From Lama glama (lineage: Eukaryota), in contig CM052816.1 of NCBI GenBank assembly GCA_028534125.1, positions 69,380,001-69,444,000 of the forward strand: 64,000 bases of DNA, read 5' to 3'. Below are positions 26,461-38,059 of the stretch, piece after piece. Position numbers and translations under genes: made by a program. Under the pieces are notes generated by a model. It searched no databases and was not told where the DNA came from. It saw only the letters and a program-made list of their open reading frames with translations. The first letter of the stretch is position 1, and the number at the start of each line of letters is the position of its first letter.

Positions 26461-26572
26461 TTTTTTTTTTTTTTTTGTAAATCATGTCTTGCTTTGTGGT
26501 TTCCCATTTCTATTACACAGAGTTGGAGCTCTGAGAAAGAATGAAGTCTCAGGGCTACAGATCATTTCGTAT

Positions 26573-26803
26573 TAATAGTAGCAGTTAACTTGTGAGTGCT
26601 TCCTGTGCTAGCCGTATACAAAACTCTTTGCAGATTTCTTATTTAATCTTAACAACAACCCTGTGATATAAGTGCTGTGACCAAGCCCATTGTCCAGGTG
26701 AGAAGACTGAGGCACAGGGAATTTAAATAGCTTGCTTGTGGGTCGGGAGCTGGGATGTGAAGGGTGGAGCCTTAGAGTCCCAGCTCTTAACCATCGGGCT
26801 ACA
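26573..26803 (-). mobile_element. MIR SINE
   Basis: gagtgcttcctgtgctag...tttaatcttaacaacaaccctgtga...gagaagactgaggcacagg...gctcttaacca. Confidence 0.75.
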
Positions 26804-27859
26804 CGGTCGGCTCTCCAAGCTCCCAACCACCTTGTGTGAGATTAGAGGACTGTGCCTGGAAGGTCTACGATCATGAGGAAAATTCCAGACAGTTGGCATG
26901 TGCAAATCATGGAAATTTTTGGAAGTAAGGGAGAAGTAGTAGTTTAAAATGAACACACAAAACCACTTTTAATCTAGGAAAGGCTGGTTTGCAGTCTTTG
27001 AGAAAAGCCCTCGTCACACGCCTCTGTGGTGGCAGTTCCTGAACTAGCAGACGGCCCAGAGGAAGAAAAGCCCACCAGAGCAGATGCCTCGAGAACATAT
27101 TACTTCCATTCTCAGTATATTTAAATGTCACTTCCCTTGGTTTTGCCTTGAACAAAACGTATTTACACCTTAGAGTCTGGCACACAATATCAACTACTAA
27201 AAGAGTCATTAAAATTAGTGTAATATAAAACCAGTGATCAATGTAAACAACTCTTGACTCATATAGTACATCTGAAACTAATGTCCTAGGTAAATTATAC
27301 CTCAGTTAAAACTGGTCATTTATTGTGACCAGTCAAGTGAGGGAAACCACCAAAAAAAATGTGAAAATCCTGAAGACTGATATGGCCAGAAGTAGGAAGT
27401 GTGGTGAACAAAATCTAAACTGAGTTTAAACCACTTTTTCTGCAATTCTCCTTTTTTGAATTTGACATAAAATAGTAAAAGGAATAAGAAATTAATAATA
27501 GATGTTTTGTGTGCATAAAAATCTAAATCATTATTATTAGCAATAAAAGATACCTTCAGGGCAACAATATTGTTTTCTCAGAATTAAGTGCAAATTTGGA
27601 AATACTCCCTTCTTCCAACCATAGCAGCAGAGAAAAAGGAGAGTGACTTTCTGTCAGAAATGCTATAGCATATTTCTGAAAGAGAACCTTAACTTCCTCT
27701 GCTTTGGTTCTTTGATCTGAACTCTATTTCCCCTGTAACCATCCTCCATCTTCCCTCTGCCTTATGCACCGTCCTCCTGCCAAAAGGGAGCAATGAATTG
27801 GTAAAGATTTAAAGACTGCATTCTTCTTTCCATCTCATTCAAATTAACTAGTGAGCCAA

Positions 27860-29830
27860 GGAACTGTACAGTAAGTGATTTATAAAGAAAGAACTAGATC
27901 GAATTTAATAAAGAACCAGTTTATGACTTAAAAAATGAGAGATATTAATAGCACACTTAACCATAAATCTTAATCAGAATATTAATACCCAGCAAATACA
28001 GATAGGATCTGGATCAGTGAGAAAAGCCATAAGGTTTGTCTGATTATATTAATTTATGATACAGTCCTTCTTAAGTTTACTTTCTTAGAAGTATAGAGAA
28101 TCTCAGATGGAATTTTAAAAGGCTATCCTGGAGGTTAGACTCCTAGCCAAGCTAAAAAATCTCTCTCCTGCAGATTTCACTGGCAGCACCTATAAATATG
28201 AGCAAATTCTTCCGTTCTTCAGGTCTCCCCAAAACCCCAAACTTCCTGGCCTGCCCAGAAGTGACCTTTCTTACTCTCTTGTAGGGCTAGACCCTGTAAG
28301 CTGGGTGCCAGACCAGTTTTGGGGGGAGGGCTATTTTAATTCCTTAAAAGTATCTGGTCATATCTGATTAAATGATCATCTCTCCCAAATGCGACATTCT
28401 AGGCAAGGCCTTGATTGCATAATTAATTTTTCCAGTATGGTCTGGTAAAAGGAGGACAGGTCCTTGTTGAACCTTTGCAAATAACTTTATTGCTGTGAAA
28501 AGTAAGAATGCTCTATTTTCTGAATTCAAGCAGTAGGGGGTGGGAAGTTCAGTGAAAAAAATCATTTAAAAATGTTTTATTTCATTTTATAAAACAAAGT
28601 CTACTAAATTGTTATGAGATACAGCTAGCTTAAGAAGAAAGCTTTTATATGCAGAAAGTACAGTATTAAAACAGTTATTAATGATATTCTAAACATATAA
28701 CTACAGTCATGCCTCAGAAGTTCATGCATCCCAGGTAAATAATTCTTATTCTCTTGTATCTTGAGTTAGCAGTTTTACGAAGCCATTGGCTTCTCAACTG
28801 AAGAGTTCTGGAAATGCCAACCCAGTCTTCACTATTAGACTAAAACTTGTTTAAGCAATGCCAACAGAAGCCTATACCCAAAAGTCTATTCTTTGAAGTG
28901 TCATTAACTTAAAGTACCTGGTACAGTTCTTTCCTTTGGGGTTCTGAGACAGTCATTGTTTGAAGACAAACTCTAATCTGTAGCTGATGGCAGAACCTTC
29001 AAGAAGGCATTAAAGAAAAACACAACCTATTTGTAGTCGATAAAGACTACCAACAGCTGTGGTAGATGTATTACTGATGGTTTTCAAAGTGAACCATCTG
29101 ATGAGAGTTCATAACAAGAACATTGCAACTGATGAGTAAATTGGTTGTTTTTGTGGCATGTAAAAAAGAGATGATAAAGTCCTTTCAAAAACATTTCAGA
29201 TAAAATGTCTATAGGATAATATTAGGCAATTTTCAAAGTCAGTGCCTGTTTCATCTGATTCACAAAAATGGATGAACATCATTTTTCATATTATAATCTT
29301 GAGATATAATGTACATAATATAGCAAGGACATACCAAGCATTTTCTAACTCTACTGAGACTATATCCAAAATATCAAGTAAAGAGAGTCAGCAAGTCTGG
29401 AGTAAGTCCTAGACATCCGTATCTCAGTAAAACTTCTTAGGTAAGTCTGATATGCATCCCCAATTAAAACCCACTGGCCAAGAAGATACTGATTTTAAAT
29501 TGAAGAAGTAAGGTTGTGGCCAAGTTTTAAATAATAAATGAAATTATGACTGTTAACCTTATAGTTCTGTCAACTAACATTATCAGGCAAGGAACCACCA
29601 CAATTCTGATAAATACAGGAAAACTCAATAGAACTATTTCATATTATTTCAGTGTTTTCCCTAAGGTACAAACATATTAATGAAAATGAGGGCACTGACA
29701 TATCTCCAGAGACTTGCCATGAAGTACAACATTTCTAAAGAATTATATTTCAAAAATAAAAAAAGTATATATTGGTAACATTGTACCTATTCAAATTTAA
29801 CAGATTTAACCTACAGTTAAAAAGAAAAGC
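27860..29830 (-). mobile_element. ERV1 (MER4/MER34-group) internal-region remnant, with a probable MER5-like insert near 29395-29480
   Basis: ggcctgcccagaagtgacctttcttactc...ccctgtaagctgggtgccagaccagttt...tctggtcatatctga...tgcaaataactttattgc resemble MER34/MER4-int. AT-rich with no ORF; boundaries uncertain. Confidence 0.65.
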
Positions 29831-30016
29831 ATAATCCTTTCACTTTAGAAGATGAAGGAATAATAAAATTTAAAAGCCCATTACTCTGAAATTTCTCATT
29901 ATCTGTTTAATAATAAAAACAAAATAATCCAATGTACGTTTTGTTAAATGTGTTGGAAAATGTATACAAACTTTCAACACATAAAGTGAGCTCTTGCGTT
30001 AGCGACTGATGTGGAG

Positions 30017-30035
30017 CTGCCACTAGAGGGAGCTA
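30017..30035 (+). promoter_or_regulatory. Candidate CTCF binding site
   Basis: CTGCCACTAGAGGGAGCTA closely matches the CTCF core consensus (CCASYAGRKGGCRC-type) and has several retained CpGs nearby. Confidence 0.65.
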
Positions 30036-30067
30036 TAGACAGATTGCGGAACGAACCCCCAGATCCT

Positions 30068-30115
30068 CTTTCTTGATAGGGAGTATAACTTACTTTCTTG
30101 ATAGGGATTATGACT
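30068..30115. repeat. 25-bp tandem duplication
   Basis: ctttcttgatagggagtataactta / ctttcttgatagggattatgact. Confidence 0.85.
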
Positions 30116-33100
30116 GCATTTGCCTTTTAAAATCTTAAACTATTAGTAACAAAGGTGAGAACGTACATCTCTTTGAGACTTGGTAAATATACGCTCTCAC
30201 ATCGCGTTGCCACTCTAGCTTCATGGTTATCATATAGGGGATTCCTGCCCTGGGTGGAAGTGCTGAAGGTCGGGAGGGAAGGCTCCTCTTGTCCCATTGT
30301 TAAACCAGACCCTTCACTTTAGGCTCATTTACTTCATTAGCTTTTCAACTATCTTATTATACAACATGAAATTAAAGAATAAACACAGAAGTGTACTCCT
30401 CCCAAAGTTTAATAAGGAGATACAGATATTTGCTTCAGATATTTTCAAGAAACCAAAAACAGTACAGGTAGAGCGAAGCCCTTTTGAACCCTCTCCTGAT
30501 TCCATTTGCTTCCCTGCTTCCTGGTATTTAACAATTCCAGAATAAACCACTCTTCTGAAACTGATATGTGTCCATCCCACCCTATGTTTAATACTGATAT
30601 TACATATAAGGAAGTATGATTTATGTTCTGTTGTGGTGTTCCAAGGGGCCTTATTCTTTCCCTCTACTTTTGTTCTTTTCTTTATTCCTGCTACTGGGTT
30701 AGAAAGTATGTTTTTTCCCTATCGTTTCAGTGTTGTATTTTCAGCCCAGTAAACATGCTGCATTTGAGGACCTTAGAATCTTAGATCTTATCCCCCCAAC
30801 TCCAATTCTTTATGTCATCGATCATATTGTTCTTTATTTTAACCATCATTGCCTATCATCCATTAATATTTGATCCCATATTTCTGAGCATTGGTAGTGG
30901 GAAGAGCATGTCTGTATTAATTCAGATTATCATGCTGCTGGGAGTTCCCCAAAAACCTTCTAATTGGTGTTCCTTCCATTCAGTTAATCTCCATTATCAG
31001 ATTAAAATTTTTATTGAGGTATAATTGATTTATAATCTATTAGTTTGAGGTGTACAGTGTAGTGATTCTATTTTTTTATTGCTATGCTCCATTTAAAGTT
31101 ACTACAAAATATGGCTATATTCCTTGTGCTGTACAATCTATCCTTGAAGCTTATTTACATAGTAGTTTGTACCCCTTAACGCCCTACCCCTATGTTGCCC
31201 CTCTCTGCACCCATCTCCCCGCTGGTAACCACTAGTTCTCTATATCTGAGTCTGTGTCTTTCTTGTTATATTCACTAATGTGTTGTATTTTTTAGGTTCC
31301 ACTTATAAGTGATAACATACAATATTTATCCTTCTCTGTATAACATTTTATTTAGCATAATACCCTCCAGGTCCATCCATGTTGCTGCAAATGGCAAAAT
31401 TATATTTTTATGGATGAGTAGTATTCCATTATGTATATATACCACATCTTCTTTATCTATTCAGCTGTTGATGTATTCTTAGGTTACTTTTATATCTTGG
31501 ATATTGTAAATAATGCTCCTATGAATTTTGGGGTGCATGTATCTTTCCAAATAAGTGTTCTCATTTTCCTCTGATATACACCCAGAAGTGGAATTGCTGG
31601 GTCATATGGTAGTTTTATTTTTAGTTTTGGTTTTTTGTTTTGGAAACCTCCATATTGTTTTCCACAGTGGCTGCACCGATTTACATTCCTACCAACAGTG
31701 TGCAACGTTCCCTTTTCCTCACACCCTTGCCAGCATTTGTTACTTGTGGTCTTATTGATGATAGCATTCTTACAGGTGTTAGGTGGTATCTTGTGGTTTT
31801 GATTTACATTTTTCTAATAACTGGCAATGGTGAGCGTCTTTTTATGTACCTATTGGCTCTCTGTATGTCTTCTTTGGAAAAATGTCTCTTCAGGTCTTCT
31901 GCCCATGGTTTAATTAGGGTGTTGTGCTTTTGATATTGAGCTGTATGGGTTATTTATATGTTGTGGATATTAACCCTCTATGATTGTATCATTTGCAGAT
32001 ATTTTCTCCCATCAGTAGGATGTCTGTTCATTTTGTTGATGGTTTCCTTTGCTGTGCAGAAAGAAGCTTTTAAGTCTAATTTGGTCTATTTTATTTTTCC
32101 TTTTGTTTCCTTTGCCTTGGGAGACAGATCCAAAAAGTGTTGCTGTGATTTATGTCAAAGTGTGTTCTGCCTATATTTTTTTCTAGGAATTTTATGGTTT
32201 CTGGTCTTACATTTAGGTCTTTAAAATCCATTTTGAGTTTATTTTTGTATATGGTATAAGAAAATGTTGTAATTGCATTCTTTTACATGTAGCTGTCTGG
32301 TTTTCCCAAGACCACTTATTGAAGAGACTGTCTTTTCTCCACTGTATGTTCTTGCCTCCTCTGTTGTATATTAATTGACTGTAAATATGAGAGTTTATTT
32401 CTGGGCTCGCTATTCTGTTCCATGGACTCGTGTCTGTTTTTTGTGCCAGTACCATGCTATTTTGATTACTATAGCTTTGTAATATAGTCTGAAGTCAGGA
32501 AGCATCATACGTGCATCTCTGTTTTTCTTTCTCAAGATTGTTTTGGCTTCCATACAAGTTTTAAAATTACTCTAGTTCTGTGAAACATGGCTTTGGTAAT
32601 TTGTTAGGGATTGCATCAAATCTGGTCATGTTAGCAGTATTCTGCCAGTTCATGAACATGATATATCTTTCCTTTTGTTTGTGTTGTCTTTAGTTTCTTT
32701 CATCAGTGTCTTATACTTTTCCAAGTACAGGTCTTTTATCTCCTTAATTACATTTATTTTTAGGTATTTTTTAAAATGCATTTGTAAATGGGATTGTTTC
32801 CTTAATTTCGCTTTCTGATAGTTCATTGTTAGTGTATAGAAATGCAACAGATTTCTGTATATTAATTTTGTATCCAGCTACTTTACCAAATTCATTGGTG
32901 AGCTCTAGTAGCTTTTTGGCAGTATCATGAGGATTTTCTATGTATAGGATTGTGTCACCTGCAAACAGTGACGGTATTACTTCTTCTTTTCCAATTTGGA
33001 TTTGTTTTATTTGTTTTTCTTCTCTGATTATGGTGGCTAGGACCTCAAAAACTCTGTTGAATAAAAGTGGCAAGAAGGGGCATCTTTGTCTTGTTCCTGA

Positions 33101-33674
33101 TCTTAGGGGAAATTCTTTTCACCATTGAGTATGATGTTAGCTGTGGTTTATCATATATGGCCTTATATGTTGAGGTATGTTCCTATCTTCCCTCTATAGC
33201 CACCTTCTGGAAAATTTTTATCATAAATAGATGTTGAATTTTCTCAAGTTTTTTCTGCATCTCTTGAAATGATCATATAATTTTTTATTCTTCAATTTGT
33301 TAATATGGTATACCACATCAATTTGTGGATATTGAACCATCCTTGCTTCTCTGCAATAAATCCCAATCGTATCATGGTGTATGATCCTTTTAAATGTACT
33401 GTTGGATTTGGTATGCTAATATTTTGTTGAGGATTTTTGCATCTATGTTTATCAGTGATATTGGCCAATAATTTTCTTCTTTTTTTTTTTGTCATATCTT
33501 TGTCTGGTTTTGATATGAGGGTGGTTCTGACCTTGTTGAATTAGTTTGGAAGCATCCCTTCCTCTGCAATTTTTTGGAATATTTTGAGAAGGATTGGTGT
33601 TAACTCATCCCTAAACATTTGCTAGAATTCACCTGTGAAGCCATCTGGTCCTGGACTTTTGTTTCTTGGGAATA

Positions 33675-33714
<40 letters not shown>
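33675..33714. repeat. (ATT)n microsatellite inside L1 ORF2
   Basis: Read directly. Confidence 0.95.
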
Positions 33715-33717
<3 letters not shown>

Positions 33718-34522
33718 TCAATTTCATTACTGGTAATTGGTCTGTTAATATTTTCTGTGTCTTCCTATTTCAGTCTTGGGAGATTGTATATTTTAGGAAT
33801 TTTTCCATTTCTTCTGGGTTGTCCATTTTATTGGCATAAAATTGTTTGTTCATAGTAAACTCTTATGATCCTTAGTATTTCTGTGGTGTTAGAACTTCTC
33901 CTTATTCACTTTTGATTTTATTAATGTGGGCCCTTTCTCTCTTTTTCTTGATGAGTCTGGCTAAAGGTTTATCCAGTTATCTTTTCAAAGAACCAGTTTT
34001 TAATTTCATTGATCTTTTTTTCCCCTCTTTGGTCTCTATTTCCTTTACTTCTACTGTGATCTTTATGGTTTCTTTCCTTCTACTATTTTTGGGGTGGTTG
34101 TTGTTGTTGTCGTCATCCTCGTCCTTGTGTAAGGTTAGATTGTTTGAGATTTTTCTTGTTACTTGAGGTAGGCTTGTATTGCTGTTTACTTCCCTGACAG
34201 AACTGACTTGTGGCATCCCATAGATTTTTGATTGTTGTATTTTCGTTTTCCTTTGACTTCAGGTATTTTTTTATTTCTTCAGTGATCCATCAGTTGTTTA
34301 GTAGCATATTATTAAGCCTCCACCAGTTTGTAGTTTTGGCAGTTTTTTCCTTGTAGTTGGTTTCTAGTCTTATAGCGTTGTGGTTGGAAAAGCTGCTTGA
34401 TGTGATTTCAACTTTCTTAAGTTTACTGAGACTTGTTTTGTGGCTTAGCATGTGATCTGCCCTGAAGAATGTTCCATGTGCCCTTGAAAAGAATGTGTAT
34501 TCTGCTGTTTTTGGTTGGAATG

Positions 34523-34648
34523 TTCTTTCGTTCTTTCTCTTTCTTCCTTCCTTTCTTTCTTTCTTTCCTTCCTTCCTTCCTTTCTTTCCTTCCTTCCTTC
34601 CTTCTTTCCTTCCTTCTTTCCTTCCTTTCTTACTTTCTTCCTTTCTAT
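34523..34648. repeat. (TTCC/TTTC)n polypyrimidine microsatellite inside L1 ORF2
   Basis: Read directly. It produces the spurious RKEG and FLPS repeat ORFs. Confidence 0.95.
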
Positions 34649-37233
34649 TCATTTGGTCTTATGTATCATTTAAGGCCAATGTTTCCTTATTGGTATTCCA
34701 TCTGGATGACCTGTTCATTGATGTAAGTGGGGTATTAAAGTCCCCTACTATTATTGTGTTACTGTCAGTTTCTCCCTTTGTGTTTGTTAATACTGGCTTT
34801 ATGTATGTAGGTGTTCCTATGTTGGGTGTACATATATTTACAATCATTATATCTTTTTCTTGAATTGATCCCTTGATCATTATGTAATGTTCTACTTTGT
34901 CTCTTTTTACAGTGTTTGTTTTAAAGTCTATTTTGTCTGATATAAATATCAGTGCTGCCTTGGCTTTCTTTTGTTTTCTATTTGCATGGAATACCTTTAA
35001 GTCTTTGAAGTCAGTAATCCTAAAAAGCCACTCTGCTCAGTGCCTTTGGCCTGCTGGTATGTTGTCTGGGTCCTGACAAGGCAGGCTGTATGGCTGTGGT
35101 GGTCTTGGGGACAGTGTCAACCTGCTGAAGGGTCTAGGAGATCCTGGGGCTGGTGTCCATGTAGCAGTGGTTGAAGCCAAGTCCTGGGCTGTGCCAGCTC
35201 ACTGGCAGTGCCAGGACCTAGAGTCTGGCTGGGAGGCCAAGGCATCCCAAAGCTGATATTAGACCACTGGTTGGTGGGACCAGTTAATCACACAGCCTAC
35301 TGTGTCTTGAAGCTTACGTCAGCCCACTGGTGAGTGGGGCTAGATATGGGGGTGACTGGCTGGGGGCCGAAGGTGTTTCAGAGCTGGTATTGGCCTACTG
35401 CTGGGTGGGGCCAGGGCCCAGTGGATCCCATGGCTGATGCTGGCCTGCTGGTGGTGGGCTGGGTCCTGCCGTGGCAGGCTGTGGGCTGCAGTGGTTCTGG
35501 GGCTGGTGTCCACCTGCTGGTGGGTGTGGTTGGGGCTTAGGTCCTAGGGCTGGTGCCTGTCCACTGGTTGGTAGAGCTGGGTCCTAGGGTCTCTAGTTGC
35601 AGGGCCCTGGCGGTCCTGGGTCTATGGCCTGCACACTGGTGTGTAGGCTGAGTCCTGGGCCCTCTGGTGGCCATAGCCATGCCCAGGGATGGCTGTGGGC
35701 TAAGGGGGTCTTAAAGCAGCCTGTCTGCTGGTGGGTGGGTCTGTGTCCCTGCTTGGCTGGTTGTTTGGCCTAAGGTATCCCAGTGCTGGTGCCTACAGGT
35801 TGGTGGGTGGGGGTGGGGCTGGATCCTGAGGCTAATAAGTTAGAGGTAGGATTGAAAATGGCACCTGCCAGCACCAGTGTCCATGTGGTAGAATGAGCTC
35901 CCCAAAGTGGCTGCTGCCAATGTGTATGTCCCCAGGGTGAGCTCTGGTTGTCTTCTGCCTCTTCAGGAAACTCTAGGATCAGCAGGCGGGTCTGACCCAG
36001 GCTCCTTTCAAATTACTGCTTCTGTCCTGGGTCCCAGAGTGTGTGAGATTTCGTGTGCATCCTTTAAGAGTGGAGTCTCCATTTCGTACATCCCTCTGGG
36101 AATCTTGAAATTACTTTTAAGAAGGTCCTCCTGGCCTTCAAAGTCAAATGTAGGGGCACATCTTCCTGGTGACTCCTGGGCTGGGGAGCCTGATGTGGAG
36201 CTCAGGCCACTACTCCTTGGGGAGAATCTCTATAATTATAATTATTCTCCCCTTCATGTGTTTCCCACCTAGGGGCATGGGTCTTGATTATACTGTGAAT
36301 TTGCCCCTCCTACCTGTCTCATTGTGGTTCTTTCTTTATATCTTTAGTTGTGGAAGATCTTTTCTGGTAGATTCCAGTTTTTCTCATCAACAATTGCTCT
36401 GTAAAGTGTTGTAGTTTTGGTGTGCCCATGAGAGATAGTGAGCTCAGGGTCTTCCCACTCTGCCATCTTGGCCGAACTCCTCTACAGTGTATATCATTAT
36501 CAGGTTAATTTTTGCAAAGCACTGCTATCTTTCACTGTATCTGTGAGCACTATGTTACTTTCTAGCTCAGGTGCCCATGGATAATGTTTGAAACCATATA
36601 GTATGTTCCATCATATTTTTTCTAACTTCTCTCACTGTTTCCAGACATCACATGTTGCCCTAATCTAGATCATGACCCTTCCTCACTAGCCCACAATAAC
36701 TTCTGTGTTCATTTCTGCATCTGTGCTTTTCACTATATCTATAAGCAAATTTTCTCTTCTTTTCCTCTATCCAAATCAGATTGTTCCTCCTAAATCCACT
36801 TAAGGACCCATTTGTCATATGCCAACTACTCCATTTCTATCTTCATCTCTTGCCTCATCTCTTAAGACTCTAAAAGTCTATCACACAAGTTAACATTGAT
36901 CATACGCTCTCTTAAGCCCTCTGTATTCCTTAAAGGAGCATTTCCTCTTGATTGGAAGGTAGGATTGGTTGTTTACTTGTTCACTTAACTGGCAGATGCA
37001 ATAGTAGTTATTGATTTGAATTCAGCTTCAAAACACGTTAGCAGTTAAATGCAAAGCATTCATACCCCATGTAGAGAGACTTCGCTAGACTAGTGTCATT
37101 CACACCAGACTGAACTCACTGAGACTCTGCCATTTAGTCAAGTTTTATCCTTTATCCTTTCTGCCCCTGAAGCCCTGTCCTTTACCTTCCCCTCTCCTTT
37201 ATGGAGGTCATTTTTTGACTCTTCAGTCAGGCA

Positions 37234-37589
37234 TGTCTAACTCATTTCAAACTGCGATAACAATACTGTAAACTGCGTGGCTCAGACAACAAACATGTAT
37301 TTCTCACTGTTCTGGAGGCTGGGAGGTCCAAGATCAAGGTGCTGGTGGATTATGTGTCTGCTGAGAGTCCTCCTCCTGCTTTGCACATGGTTGCCTTCTT
37401 GCTGTGTCCTCATGTGGTCCAGAGAGATCCTCTCTCTCCTGTCTCTTCTCATAGGAACACTGATCCCATCATGAGGACTCTGCCCCATGACCTAATTACC
37501 TTCAAAGGCCCCACTTCTAAATACTGTCACATTGGGGGTTAGGGCTTCAATGGTGAATCTGGGGGGGCATACACATTTAATTCTTAGTA
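37234..37589 (-). mobile_element. MaLR solo LTR (MLT1A0-like)
   Basis: tatttctcactgttctggaggctgggaggtccaagatcaaggtgctg...gacctaattaccttcaaaggcccc...gggggttagggcttcaa. Confidence 0.85.
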
Positions 37590-38059
37590 AGGCTCTACCA
37601 CCTGGTTCGACTTCTATTATGACTTCTTCTAGTTTCTCAATCGTGTCACCTCTTATAGCATTTCTTCTGAGTGATAGAACCAAGTCATATCACATTTTAG
37701 AGGAGAGCACAAGCACACAGTAGGTATTCAAGGATGAATAAGACAAAACCTTGCTATCAAGGAACTTGTATTGCAGGAGAGACAAAGTAGAACAATGTGG
37801 TAAGTTTATTTATAATAGAAGTGTGTATAGGGTAGCCAGGAAGTATGATTATCACTGAGAAAGGAATGTGTGGGTCAGAATTCAATTTTTGGCATCTACC
37901 GTGTGCCAGATGCTGAGTTTAGGAAAAGGAGGAAAGGACTGTTTTTCTTCAGGCATGACACAATTAGAGTCTGAGTGCACAAAGCTGGTAGCAATAAAGA
38001 AGAAAATCCTATAAGCTTGTTTGCATATTTGCTTCAAGTATTTATTCTATTTATCTACC

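Larger units (their letters stand above)
31330..34998 (-). pseudogene. L1 ORF2 (endonuclease/reverse transcriptase) pseudogene
   Basis: Fragments include KVFHAN...ISDKIDFK, IIVGDFNTPLTSM (EN), PLLFN...[14 protein letters not shown]...[11 protein letters not shown] (RT, FADD changed to FAGD), [10 protein letters not shown]...DSLFNKWSW and LPYDPAIPLLG. Many stops and frameshifts. Confidence 0.92.
31006..36494 (-). mobile_element. LINE-1 with 5'UTR and 3' end, internally deleted (no ORF1)
   Basis: The 5' end reads ...gccaagatggcagag on the minus strand at about 36470, with a GC-rich 5'UTR at about 35040-36480, ORF2 remnants and a 3' tail at about 31006. 14-bp TSD cattatcag(a/g)ttaa at 30992-31005 and 36495-36508. 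Confidence 0.92.

Noticed and set aside
34290..34863. Low-complexity RKEG and FLPS repeat ORFs
   Set aside because: They are translations of a (TTCC/TTTC)n microsatellite inside L1 ORF2.
35040..35900. GC-rich degenerate repeats (ggggctggtgtcc...)
   Set aside because: They lie within the L1 5'UTR between the TSDs. They are not a separate promoter or array.
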